DNA of 64,000 bases from Acidobacteriota bacterium (GTDB lineage Bacteria > Acidobacteriota > Blastocatellia > RBC074). Below the pieces are notes generated by a model. The model made no database searches. It was not told the DNA's origin and was given only the letters and a program-made list of their open reading frames with translations. The stretch spans positions 41,590-105,589 of the forward strand of contig JBBIWA010000010.1 in the NCBI GenBank assembly GCA_037439425.1. Direction: 5' to 3'. A program made the translations under genes and the position numbers. Of the stretch, positions 46,952 to 57,003 are shown in pieces; the first letter of the stretch is position 1; every line of letters begins with the position of its first letter.

Positions 46952-47086
46952 TACGGCGAGAGAGTAGAGTGCAAATGAAGATCAAGCCACGAAGGATCAG
47001 GCCCGTGAGAAGTCAGCAGGTCCGCAACTCTGAGCTCTCTTCGTGATGTTGCGTGTCCTTTGTGGTTCGCCTTCCGAGGAGGATTT

Positions 47087-47881
47087 ATGGAGATCAACCG
47101 GAGAGCCTTCCTGGCCACATTGGGCGGGGCTGCTGCCGTTGAGACGATGTCGTCCGAGGCGCTAGCCGACGCGCTCGAACACCATATGATCCGATGGCTC
47201 GATCAAGCCGCCAGCACGATGCCCGACCAGCAGGTCGAGGTTACAGGAATGAAGTATCGGCGCGGGGTGGGCACTCTCTTCGTGCCCGGTGAGGACCGCG
47301 CTGCGCTGAGGAAGCTGGAACCGATGCCACCCAAACCGACGCTGCTGGACTTCTTTCAGCTGCGGTTTGCTCCGGCCAACCACGTGTTGCAAAGCGCCAC
47401 TCGTGCGCTGAAAACAGGGATGAGCGAAGAGACGATCCTCGCTTGCCTGCTGCACGATGTGGTCCTGAGTCTGATCAAGCCCGATCACGGATGGTGGGGC
47501 GCACAGCTTGTGGAACCCTATGTCTCCGAGAAGGTGAGTTGGGCGATTCGTTATCATCAGGCGCTGCGCTTCTATCCAGACCTGTCAGTCGGTTATGAAT
47601 ACCCGGAGATGTATAACCGGATCTTTGGCCGGGACTACGTGCCGCCCCCTTACATTGAGGCTGCATACAAATATGCCCGCAATCACAGGTGGTATATGGA
47701 AGCTCGCCTGATCACAGTCAACGATCTGTACAGTTTTGATCCGAGCGCCAAAGTTTCCATTGAGCCATTCATTGACATCATCGGGCGCCATTTCAAGCAG
47801 CCCAAAGAAGGGTTGGGCAATGACAACAGCCCGGTAGCCCATATGTGGCGAACGATCGCCAACCCGGACCAGCCACTGTAA
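47087..47881 (+). CDS. Tat-signal HD-domain protein (PhnZ/MIOX-like metal ligand pattern)
   Basis: NRRAFL twin-arginine motif; HVLQSATRA, CLLHD, DH, RYH and ND residues. Confidence 0.78.
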   Translation: MEINRRAFLATLGGAAAVETMSSEALADALEHHMIRWLDQAASTMPDQQVEVTGMKYRRGVGTLFVPGEDRAALRKLEPMPPKPTLLDFFQLRFAPANHVLQSATRALKTGMSEETILACLLHDVVLSLIKPDHGWWGAQLVEPYVSEKVSWAIRYHQALRFYPDLSVGYEYPEMYNRIFGRDYVPPPYIEAAYKYARNHRWYMEARLITVNDLYSFDPSAKVSIEPFIDIIGRHFKQPKEGLGNDNSPVAHMWRTIANPDQPL

Positions 47882-47958
47882 GAGATGAAAATCAAACTAT
47901 GCAGAGACTTCATGCTTCCTGCGAGAGACGCGATGAAAGGTTTGCAAGTTTGAGCTCT

Positions 47959-48117
47959 GATTTTCCGCAGGAGTCATTCAGCTCGCTTGAGCGACACCCA
48001 GAAACGATGAAAAGCCGGGTACGCACGCTTGCGAGCGTGCTTGGTCTTCGGTAATGGCTTGCTTAACGAAGGCAGGCACGCAAGGATGCGTGCGTACCCA
48101 GGATTTTCCGCAGGAGG
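47959..48117. repeat. Single family A unit bounded by 15-bp direct repeats
   Basis: GATTTTCCGCAGGAG at 47959-47973 and 48102-48116. Confidence 0.92.
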
Positions 48118-48121
48118 AACC

Positions 48122-49549
48122 ATGTCCCGGAAGATACTGATCGCAATCGTGAACAGTGCGCTCCTGTCACTGCTAGCCTTTACCCAGAGCGCCCCAACGG
48201 TGCTTGAGAAAGCGGCGCAAGCGATGGGAGCGACCGACCTCAAATCAATCCAATATTCGGGCAGCGGCTATAACTTTGCTGTCGGTCAGAGCGTCAACCC
48301 AACAGCGCCGTGGCCTCGTTTCAATGTGAAGAGCTACACGCGCACGATCAACTTCGACACGGCCTCATCACGAGAAGAGCTACTGCGCACGCAAGGCGAA
48401 AATCCGCCACGAGGTGGCGGCGGTCAGCCGCTCATCGGCGAGCAGCGCCAAATACTTCTCGTGAGCGGCAACTATGCTTGGAACCTGGTCGGCAACAACG
48501 CTGTCCCGGCACAGGCAGCCGCGGAAGAACGCCAGCTCCAGATCTGGCTCACGCCCCAGGGTTTTATCAAAGCTGCCCTGAAGCACAAGGCGAGCGCCAC
48601 ACCGCGCACCGCTGGCGGCAAGAGAGTCACCGTAGTCTCTTTCACCGTGCACAACAAGTTCCAGGTGAGCGGAATAATCAATGCTGAGAATCTGGTCGAG
48701 CGGGTTGAGACTGCGATTGAGCATCCTTTGCTCGGTTCCCTGCCGATAGTGACGACCTACTCGGATTACAAAGACTTCAGCGGCATCAAGTTCCCCACCC
48801 GCATCGTCCAGCGTCAGGGCGGCCACCCTGCGCTGGAGATCACTATTGCTCAGGTGCAACCGAACGCAACGGCTGATTTCGCCGTGCCTGATAACGTCCG
48901 CCAGGCTCCAGCGCCAACGGTTCGAGTGGAGACGCAGAAGCTGGCCGAGGGCGTGTGGTATCTGACGGGCGGATCGCATCACAGCGTGGCCGTGGAATTC
49001 AAGGATTATGTCGTAGTGATCGAAGGCCCGCTCAACGAGGCGCGCTCACTGGCCGTTATGGATGAAGTGAAAAAGGCGGTGCCGAATAAACCGATCCGGT
49101 ATCTGGTCAACACACACCACCACTTCGATCATGCGGGCGGCATTCGTGCCTACGCCGCCCGGGGCGTGACGATCATCACTCATCAGATCAACAGGCCGTA
49201 TTACCAGAAAGTGCTGCGCGGCCTGAAGCTGGTCAAGATCCTCTCCCTCACCGACAAATACGTTTTGACCGATGGGATGCGCCTGCTGGAGCTGTATCAC
49301 GTCAAAGGGAACACGCACAACGATGGGATCATCATGGCTTATCTTCCCAAAGAGAAGCTACTGATCGAAGCTGATGTGTTCACCCCACCCGCCGCAGGCG
49401 CGCCGCCACCATCTACGCCCAATCCTTTCAGCGTGAATTTGCACGAGAACATCGAGCGGCTCAAACTCGCCGTCGAGCAGATCGCGCCGCTGCACGGGCG
49501 GCTGGTACCAATGGCAGAGTTGCTGAAAGCCATCGGGAAGGCTGGCTAG
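48122..49549 (+). CDS. Secreted MBL-fold metallo-hydrolase
   Basis: Signal peptide, THHHFDH (HxHxDH), EAD, PLHG. Confidence 0.88.
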   Translation: MSRKILIAIVNSALLSLLAFTQSAPTVLEKAAQAMGATDLKSIQYSGSGYNFAVGQSVNPTAPWPRFNVKSYTRTINFDTASSREELLRTQGENPPRGGGGQPLIGEQRQILLVSGNYAWNLVGNNAVPAQAAAEERQLQIWLTPQGFIKAALKHKASATPRTAGGKRVTVVSFTVHNKFQVSGIINAENLVERVETAIEHPLLGSLPIVTTYSDYKDFSGIKFPTRIVQRQGGHPALEITIAQVQPNATADFAVPDNVRQAPAPTVRVETQKLAEGVWYLTGGSHHSVAVEFKDYVVVIEGPLNEARSLAVMDEVKKAVPNKPIRYLVNTHHHFDHAGGIRAYAARGVTIITHQINRPYYQKVLRGLKLVKILSLTDKYVLTDGMRLLELYHVKGNTHNDGIIMAYLPKEKLLIEADVFTPPAAGAPPPSTPNPFSVNLHENIERLKLAVEQIAPLHGRLVPMAELLKAIGKAG

Positions 49550-49670
49550 CGCGCTAATAGCCGCAGGTGAAACGAAAAAAGTATTTTCGCCACGAGGAAA
49601 CAAAGACTCCCAAGGAAGGGAGGTTCGGCTCGCTCATCTTCGTAGTCTGTCAATGCAAGGGGGAACAGAG

Positions 49671-51236
49671 ATGAGTTTGGCATCTGAGATCAACCTTCTG
49701 GCTGACATCGTTCGCGTTCACGCGGCCGAGCGACCGGGGAAGGCGGCGATCTTTTTCAATGGACACGAAACAACGTATGCCGAACTTGACCGGTATTCCA
49801 ATCAAGCGGCTCATGGGTTTATCAACGAAGGGCTGAAGCCGCAGACGCGCATCGCGCATCTGGACAAAAACTCCGATCTTTACTTTGAACTCCTCTTCGG
49901 CGCAGCGAAAGCCAATGAGGTGCTGGTCTCGGTCAACTGGCGGCTGGCTCCAGCCGAGATCGCTTACGTGATTAACGACGCGATGGCCGAAATGCTCTTC
50001 GTTGGGCCTGACTATTTTGAGACCATCGAAAAGATTCGCGGCGAGCTGAAGAGGGTCAAAAAGATCCTGGCGCTGGGTGCCCCTCATCCAGAGTGGGAAG
50101 AATATACCGTCTGGCGCGACCGCCAGAGCCAGGCGGATCCGGCCGTGCCGGTCGCCGGTTCTGATGTTGTGCTTCAGTTGTACACCAGCGGCACAACCGG
50201 GCACCCCAAAGGCGCGCAATTGACAAACGACAATCTGCTCACCTTGCTGCCTGCTGCTGTGCGCGAATGGGGTGATTGGAACGAGCAGGATGTGACGCTG
50301 ATCTGTATGCCGCTTTTTCACATCGGCGGCTGTGGAGTGGGATTGCTGAACTTTTACGTGGGTGCCAGGGGCGTGGTGATGCGCGAGCTGGTTCCGGCTG
50401 AGATCCTGCGGCTGATCGCCGAGCAACGCGTCACCAAAGCCTTCTTCGTTCCCGCGGTGATTCTCTTCCTGCTACAAACGCCTGGGGTCGAAGAAGCTGA
50501 CCTGTCGAGTCTCAAACTGATCATCTATGGCGCCTCGCCGATGCCCGTTGATCTGCTGCGCCGCGCGATGAAGACGCTGAAATGCGGCTTCGGGCAAGTT
50601 TACGGCTTGACTGAAACGACAGGAGCTTTCACTTATCTGCCGCCGGAAGAGCACGACCCGAGCAATGAAAAACGGTTGCGTTCGTGCGGCAAGCCGCTCA
50701 GCATCGCTGAAGTTCGTGTGGTTGACGCCCTGGGTCAGGAGGTGCCTCCGGGCGAGGTGGGCGAGATCATCATTCGGTCGTCGCAGAACATGAAAGGCTA
50801 CTGGAATCTGCCGGAGGAGACCGCTAAGGCGATCAAAGGCGGTTGGTTCTACACGGGCGATGCCGGTTACTTTGATGAGGATGGTTATCTATACATTCAC
50901 GACCGCGTCAAAGACATGATTATTTCGGGCGGCGAAAACATCTATCCAGCGGAGGTCGAAAACGCGCTCTTCGGCCACCCAGCTATCGCCGATGTCGCTG
51001 TGATCGGCGTACCTGATGAGACGTGGGGCGAAGCGGTGAAAGCTATCGTGGTCAAAAAACCAGGCGTGGAGGTGACGGCCGAGGAGATCATTGCCTTCGC
51101 CCGGGAGCGCATCGCGTATTACAAAGCGCCCAAGTCAGTGGACTTTATTGATGCGCTGCCGCGCAATCCGTCCGGCAAGGTTCTCAAGCGCGAATTGCGC
51201 AAACCCTATTGGGAGGGGCGCGACCGGCAGGTCTAG
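49671..51236 (+). CDS. Long-chain fatty acid--CoA ligase
   Basis: YTSGTTGHPKG, YGLTE, TGD, SGGENIYPAEVE, PSGK. Confidence 0.93.
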   Translation: MSLASEINLLADIVRVHAAERPGKAAIFFNGHETTYAELDRYSNQAAHGFINEGLKPQTRIAHLDKNSDLYFELLFGAAKANEVLVSVNWRLAPAEIAYVINDAMAEMLFVGPDYFETIEKIRGELKRVKKILALGAPHPEWEEYTVWRDRQSQADPAVPVAGSDVVLQLYTSGTTGHPKGAQLTNDNLLTLLPAAVREWGDWNEQDVTLICMPLFHIGGCGVGLLNFYVGARGVVMRELVPAEILRLIAEQRVTKAFFVPAVILFLLQTPGVEEADLSSLKLIIYGASPMPVDLLRRAMKTLKCGFGQVYGLTETTGAFTYLPPEEHDPSNEKRLRSCGKPLSIAEVRVVDALGQEVPPGEVGEIIIRSSQNMKGYWNLPEETAKAIKGGWFYTGDAGYFDEDGYLYIHDRVKDMIISGGENIYPAEVENALFGHPAIADVAVIGVPDETWGEAVKAIVVKKPGVEVTAEEIIAFARERIAYYKAPKSVDFIDALPRNPSGKVLKRELRKPYWEGRDRQV

Positions 51237-51603
51237 AGCGAATTTCATTCAGGTGGGCGGTGCTTGGAGTTGCGGCCTTCAGATGGGCTTTTCGTCACCT
51301 CAGCGCAAAAAACGCCTGGAGGCGATACCCCAGACCAGACAATTCCACTCGGAGGTAAGAGTAGCTGGGGCCTGTCTTTCGCATTGCCAAGAACGTTGGC
51401 ATTGAGCTCTTGCTAGGCTTCGGGCGCCGGTTCTATTCGAGAAGAGAAGGCAATTTTGCCGGGCTTTTCATGGCAACGTGGCTATAGGGCTTTCGCCTTT
51501 AGTCGATCAAATGGGGACAAGGTGGGGATTACATTGCATGACAATTCGCAGCAGCCTCAACGGAAATCGCCGGGGTGGGGCAAATAACACTACAGGAGAC
51601 GGT

Positions 51604-52248
51604 ATGAGACGTCAGGCATTGCTTTTAGCTTCAGCTCTGTTGATCTTCCTCTGGCCTGCCGCCACGCCAGCTTCGAGCGGCCAGTGGCGCAGGCTGTTTG
51701 ATGGTAGAACAATGAATGGATGGCGACTGATGGCGGTGCACGGTGGGCGCGGCGGCGTGTGGACAGTTGAAAGTGGTGCGCTCGTGGCAGATCAGGATAA
51801 GGATCACACTGGCGGGCTACTTGGCACGGAAGAGAAATTCTCGGACTTCGAGATCGAGCTGGAATTTCAAGCCGACTTCCCAGTTGATTCGGGCCTGTTT
51901 TTGCGCACGCGCGAGGATGGGATGGGTTATCAGATCACGATTGATTATCGCGAAGGCGGCTTTGTCGGCAGCCTTTACGCTCCGGCGGAAGGCGGATTCA
52001 TTCAGCAGAATAAGAACTGGGAGAAAGTTTTTCGCAAAGGCAGATGGAACAGGCTGCGTGCCCGCATCGAAGGCCAGCCGGCGCACGTTCAGGCGTGGCT
52101 CAATGGGGTGAAGATGGTTGATTTCAAAGACCACCGTGAACGCTATCCGCGCGAAGGCTACATTGGATTGCAAGTGCATGGCGGCAAAGGCGCGTGGGGT
52201 GATAACAGCAAAGCCCGCTTCCGCAACATCCGGATTATAGTGCTGTAG
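51604..52248 (+). CDS. Secreted DUF1080 (3-keto-disaccharide hydrolase) protein
   Basis: LFDGRTMNGW, DSGLF, GYQ, WN, GYIGLQVH, FRNIRI. Confidence 0.88.
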   Translation: MRRQALLLASALLIFLWPAATPASSGQWRRLFDGRTMNGWRLMAVHGGRGGVWTVESGALVADQDKDHTGGLLGTEEKFSDFEIELEFQADFPVDSGLFLRTREDGMGYQITIDYREGGFVGSLYAPAEGGFIQQNKNWEKVFRKGRWNRLRARIEGQPAHVQAWLNGVKMVDFKDHRERYPREGYIGLQVHGGKGAWGDNSKARFRNIRIIVL

Positions 52249-52375
52249 TCGCTCAGCCTGACTTGCCACTCGTCATCTTTAAAAATCCTCTCTCAGCTGG
52301 TTGGCAAGGTGGACTCAGCAAGGTAAACTTCAAGCGTGAAAGCGGCCGGCGACCTGATTGAAAGGAGCGCAAACG

Positions 52376-53278
52376 ATGGTCACTAAAAACCTCTACGTCC
52401 AAGACACGGAAATGCCACTTCCGCCGAAAGAGGTGCTGCCAACGATGCATGACCTACCTGACGAAGAGGAGGGACAGCCTGGTATGCCGGATATCTTTCA
52501 TGTCTGGCAAGCGCGCTTGCTGGATGAAACCTTCCGCCCACCCAACTACGAGCCAGAGGAAATCTTCACAGCCAGCGACCTGAACATTTACTACAACGTC
52601 CACGACTTCAGCCAGCACAAGCGTCCTGACTGGTTTGCTGTGGTGGGGCTGCCGAAGCTGGGCAAGAAGCCGGAGATGCGCCGGAGCTATGTGATGTGGC
52701 AGGAAGGCCTGGCTCCGCTGATCGTGGTGGAATTGCTTTCGCCTAGCACCGAGAAGGAGGATCTCGGCCAGACACCGCGTGGAGCTAATGAACCGCCGAC
52801 CAAGTGGGAGGTCTACGAACACTGGTTGCGTGTGCCCTATTACGTGATCTTCAGCCGTTACACTGATGAGTTGCGCATCTTTAAGTTGTCAGGGCCCTAT
52901 TACCAGGAGGTCCAAGATCATCAGGGGCGACTCTGGGTTGAGGGAGCCGAGCTGGGGCTGGGGCTGTGGCAGGGCCGCTACCTGGGCGAAGACCGGCTTT
53001 GGCTGCGGTGGTATGACCGTGAGGGCAATTGGATCCCGACACCAGCGGAACAGGCTGAGCAGCAACGTCGCCTCGCCGAGGCAGAGCGGCAACGCGCCGA
53101 GGCAGAGCGGCAACGCGCCGAGGCAGAGCGGCAACGCGCCGAGTCAGAGCGACAACGCGCCGAGGCAGAGCGGCAACGCGCCGAGGCAGAGTGCAAAGAG
53201 AAAGAAGCGGCCTGGCAGAGAGCGCAACAATTAGAAGCCAAACTGCGCGAGCTGGGAATTGATCCCGACCGGATGTAG
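52376..53278 (+). CDS. Uma2/DUF820 family endonuclease-fold protein
   Basis: LPTMHDLP, RPDWF, SYVMWQEG, VELLSPST, WLRWYD, LRELGIDP. Confidence 0.9.
   Translation: MVTKNLYVQDTEMPLPPKEVLPTMHDLPDEEEGQPGMPDIFHVWQARLLDETFRPPNYEPEEIFTASDLNIYYNVHDFSQHKRPDWFAVVGLPKLGKKPEMRRSYVMWQEGLAPLIVVELLSPSTEKEDLGQTPRGANEPPTKWEVYEHWLRVPYYVIFSRYTDELRIFKLSGPYYQEVQDHQGRLWVEGAELGLGLWQGRYLGEDRLWLRWYDREGNWIPTPAEQAEQQRRLAEAERQRAEAERQRAEAERQRAESERQRAEAERQRAEAECKEKEAAWQRAQQLEAKLRELGIDPDRM
53074..53191. repeat. 21-bp coding tandem repeat (~5.6 copies, AEAERQR)
   Basis: CGCCGAGGCAGAGCGGCAACG units. Confidence 0.92.
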
Positions 53279-53283
53279 CTAAA

Positions 53284-54174
53284 ATGAAACAGCATTGGCC
53301 AATCAAGACCTTCGTTCATACTCACAACGCTTTTCTTCTCTGGCTTGCGCTTGCGACGGCGGCATTCCTGCTTCCGGCGACGGCGGCAGAGCGCGGTCAA
53401 TCCTCTGCACCGTCGAGCAAGCCTCTCGTCATTGCGCACCGCGGCGGCGCCCGGGAATCAACCGAAAACACGATCCTGGCTTTTCAGCGTGCTGTGAAGA
53501 TCGGCTCGGACGGCATCGAGACCGATCTTCGTTTGACGCGCGACGGGATGGTAGTGATCTACCACGATGAAAAGTTCGGTCGCGTCGAAGGGCTGCCTAA
53601 AGAGAAGCAGACGCGGTTGATTTCAGAGATGACCTATGCCGAGCTGAGTGCGCAGCCGCTCGCGCCCGTTGGTGAAGACACGGGTGGACGCCGTGTGCCG
53701 ACGCTCAAAGAGTTACTCAGCAGCGTCAATTCCGGGCTGCTCAACATTGAGATCAAACGCGGAGCGCGCTTTGATGAGCTGGTCAATAAGACCATCGAGA
53801 TCCTCAAAGGCTTTCCTGAGTTGGAGCGCGTAGTGCTTGAGCCGCCCGATTTAAAAACGGCGCAGAGACTGCGCGCCGCGCTTGGGGCGCAACTCAAGCT
53901 GCATCTCAATCCCGGCTATGATGAATCGCGCCCCTACCTGGACTCGCTCAAGCGGGTGCTCGCCTTCAAGCCGCACTCGATCTCAGTTTCTTACAAGAAG
54001 CTCTCCTGGGAGATCGTTGATCTGGCGCACAAGGCGGGTGTCGAAGTGTGGGTCTGGACAGTTGATGATCCCGAACTCGCTCAGGCAATGGCACTACTGG
54101 GCGTGGATGCGATCAAGACCGACAGGCCGGCGATGCTGCTTGAGCTGTTTAAGCGCAGTAGCAAACGACCATAG
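53284..54174 (+). CDS. Secreted glycerophosphodiester phosphodiesterase
   Basis: IAHRGG, ENT, IETD, HD, NIEIK, WTVD, TD. Confidence 0.92.
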   Translation: MKQHWPIKTFVHTHNAFLLWLALATAAFLLPATAAERGQSSAPSSKPLVIAHRGGARESTENTILAFQRAVKIGSDGIETDLRLTRDGMVVIYHDEKFGRVEGLPKEKQTRLISEMTYAELSAQPLAPVGEDTGGRRVPTLKELLSSVNSGLLNIEIKRGARFDELVNKTIEILKGFPELERVVLEPPDLKTAQRLRAALGAQLKLHLNPGYDESRPYLDSLKRVLAFKPHSISVSYKKLSWEIVDLAHKAGVEVWVWTVDDPELAQAMALLGVDAIKTDRPAMLLELFKRSSKRP

Positions 54175-54248
54175 CATCGAGACTGGCCATAGAGCGTGCG
54201 GCGCTGCGAAAGCGCGCTGGGAGCGCCGGTGGAAGGAGCCTTGTAGTC

Positions 54249-55019
54249 ATGAAAGCCGTCTCTGCACTCTTGTTATTGATTGGCTTGCCGCTGTTGGCCT
54301 GGCCCTCGCAGGTGACACGGCAGCCGCGCCTGCCAGGTTATCTCTCGTCTCCGCATTCGGGCGGGGCATCTGAATTCACCTTCGCGCGATTGATCTACCA
54401 TTCGGAATGGCGCAGGACATGGGCCGTGGATTGGCCAAAGGCCGATGAGCAGTTCATCTACGGATTGCGCGGCTGGGCGCGGAGCCTGCTGGCGATCTCC
54501 GATGATCCGGCCGCAGTCTCTTTGTTCGATCCTCAACTCTTCAAATATCCCTTCATCTACGCAGTTGAGCCTGGCTTTATGGGGCTGTCGCAGGGAGAGG
54601 CTGAAAGATTGCGCGAGTACTTATTGCGGGGCGGGCTTCTCATGCTTGATGACTTCTGGGGAGAATGGGAGTGGCAGAATGTGCAAGAGCAGATGCGGAA
54701 GGTCTTCCCCGAATACCGCATTCAGGAGCTTCCACTCACTCATCCGATCTTTCATTGCTATTTCGATATCAATGAGGTGACCCAGGTTCCCGGCATCGGC
54801 TCCTGGTTCTATCGCGGCGTGACGCACGAAAAGGGTGGGTACGTGCCGCACTACATGGGGATTATAGATGAAACAGGCCGGTTGCTGGTCTTTATTGCCC
54901 GCAACACGGATAATGGTGATGCCTGGGAATGGATTGATCATCCTGATTATCCCTTGAAGTATGGGCTGGCAGCTTATCGGCTGGGGATGAACGTAATCGT
55001 CTACGCGATGACTCATTGA
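54249..55019 (+). CDS. DUF4159 domain protein
   Basis: [40 protein letters not shown]. Confidence 0.88.
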   Translation: MKAVSALLLLIGLPLLAWPSQVTRQPRLPGYLSSPHSGGASEFTFARLIYHSEWRRTWAVDWPKADEQFIYGLRGWARSLLAISDDPAAVSLFDPQLFKYPFIYAVEPGFMGLSQGEAERLREYLLRGGLLMLDDFWGEWEWQNVQEQMRKVFPEYRIQELPLTHPIFHCYFDINEVTQVPGIGSWFYRGVTHEKGGYVPHYMGIIDETGRLLVFIARNTDNGDAWEWIDHPDYPLKYGLAAYRLGMNVIVYAMTH

Positions 55020-55447
55020 TGACCTAGGCCCCGCAATTTTAGTCTCTTCTCGACATTGCTTTCTTCAGCTTGCCTCTGAGTTACCTGAGCAGTAATCCAT
55101 CCCCAACGTATTTCTACCGGCCTAAGCACTGGCACCATCTGGGGCATCTGCTGGGACAGCGGTGATACATTCTGTTTCACTCCCGCCCCTTGTAACGGTG
55201 GCTGAGGCTGAGTTGGCGGATGCCAGAATGTTTTTAAAGCTTTGCCAGTTCAAGGGATGGTGGGCTTGCCTGATCAACGCGCAGATGGGGAGCGCTACTT
55301 GCAGTGTTCATTTTGTTACCTCTATTACGCAGGCTGCATTTCTAAACTCATACCAGACAAGCAGTCTGATGTCGGGCAAATTGTTAGTTTGCCAAGCGGC
55401 TCCGTAGCATTGCACAAGAGGGAGGCCCACTGAGAATTGGCCTGACG

Positions 55448-55685
55448 TTTTCCCAGGAGTCTTTCAGGGCGTTACGGACGACGCGGGAAAGACGATGAAA
55501 ACCTGGGTACGCACGCTTCTAGCGTGCAAGCTTTTCACTCTTAACCAGGCGAGCACGCAAGAACGCGTGCCTGCCCAGGATTCGCCCTGGGAGCGCACGT
55601 TTGCGAGCGTGCTGCTTTCTAACAATAGCTCGCTCGTCGAAGCCAAGCACGCAAGGATGCGTGCCTGCCCAGGATTTTCTGAGGA
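55448..55685. repeat. Two tandem family A units
   Basis: Linker, class III unit (55502-55579) and class II unit (55586-55673), ending ATTTTCTGAGGA before ATG 55691. Confidence 0.92.
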
Positions 55686-55690
55686 AAGAG

Positions 55691-56998
55691 ATGAAAAGCC
55701 AGACCAGATCATTCAGACTTTTCATTCTTGCCATCGGCAGTTTGTTGATCGTTATGCATTACTTCTCGACGCGCCGGATCAACGCCTTTAGCGGTGGGCC
55801 ACCAGCTTCGCACACAGGCGCTCCCAATGAGGAGACCTGCGTGGTCTGTCATAGTAGCTTCGCTCTCAATAGTGGTCCCGGGAGGTTGACCCTGTCGGGA
55901 TTGCCAGTTGGTTATTTGCCCAACCAGGAAATAACCGTGACTGTCACTCTCACGCAGGCTGACCGCGTACGCTATGGATTCCAGGCAACTGCGCTGGATG
56001 AGAGCGGCAGACAGGTGGGCAGCTTCATTGTCACTGACAGTGTGCGTACCCAAACCAGCTCTGGAACTGTCAGGGGCAACGCTCGCAGCTACATCAATCA
56101 TACCTCTGACGGCACTTTTCCTTCCGGCCCCAATCAAGGGAGTTGGAGCTTCAAATGGAGAGCCCCAGCAAACAGCGCTGGCAAGGTAACTTTCTACGTG
56201 GCTGGTAACGCGGCCAATGGCAATGGCAACACTTCGGGAGACTACATCTACACCACTCTGGCTTCCATCTTTCCCGCGGTGACCAGTGTCTCCGCTGCGA
56301 GCTTTGCCAGTGAAGCCGCACTGGCTAGCGAGGCGATTGCGGCAGCCTTTGGCACGGTGCTGGCTGCTGCTACTGCCGGGGCCGACACGCTGCCACTTCC
56401 CACGGACCTGGTCGGGACTCAGGTCTTGGTCAAAGACAGCGCTGGGACTGAGCGCCACGCACCTCTCTTCTTCGTCTCGCCGATGCAGGTCAACTATCTG
56501 ATCCCGTCAGGTACGGCTAACGGGCCTGCGACGGTGACGATCAGGAGCGGAGATGGCTCAATCTCAATGGGGACAGTCTTAATCGAGCGCGTCGCACCCG
56601 GTGTGTTTTCAGCCAACGCTAATGGTCAGGGCGTAGCTGCCGCTGTGATACTGCGCGTCAGGGCTGACGGCTCACAGCAGTATGAATCAGTCGCACAGTT
56701 TGATCCAGCCCAAGACCGGTTTGTCTCGGTCCCGATCGATCTTGGGCCGGAAACCGATCAGGTCTTCCTGGTGCTGTTTGGCACGGGCATACGCTTTTTC
56801 AGCTCTCTGGCAGCAATCACGGCGAAGATAGGCGGCCTGGATATGCAGGTGGTGGGCGCAGCAGCGCAGCCTGATTTTGTGGGCCTGGATCAAGTCAATG
56901 TCCGTCTGGGGCGCGATCTGGCCGGGCGTGGCGAGGTAGATGTGAGCCTGACTGTGGATGGCAAGACGGCTAATACCGTCAGGATCAACATTCGATGA
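55691..56998 (+). CDS. Secreted Reeler-like protein with Solibacter-type (TIGR03437-like) C-terminal domain
   Basis: [28 protein letters not shown]; then [34 protein letters not shown]. Confidence 0.8.
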   Translation: MKSQTRSFRLFILAIGSLLIVMHYFSTRRINAFSGGPPASHTGAPNEETCVVCHSSFALNSGPGRLTLSGLPVGYLPNQEITVTVTLTQADRVRYGFQATALDESGRQVGSFIVTDSVRTQTSSGTVRGNARSYINHTSDGTFPSGPNQGSWSFKWRAPANSAGKVTFYVAGNAANGNGNTSGDYIYTTLASIFPAVTSVSAASFASEAALASEAIAAAFGTVLAAATAGADTLPLPTDLVGTQVLVKDSAGTERHAPLFFVSPMQVNYLIPSGTANGPATVTIRSGDGSISMGTVLIERVAPGVFSANANGQGVAAAVILRVRADGSQQYESVAQFDPAQDRFVSVPIDLGPETDQVFLVLFGTGIRFFSSLAAITAKIGGLDMQVVGAAAQPDFVGLDQVNVRLGRDLAGRGEVDVSLTVDGKTANTVRINIR

Positions 56999-57003
56999 GT
57001 GGG

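Noticed and set aside
55150-55230. Cobalamin riboswitch-like fragments (GGGA..GGTG..CCCGC..TGTAA)
   Set aside because: No B12 box or GCCACTG/GGGAAG elements; downstream gene unrelated
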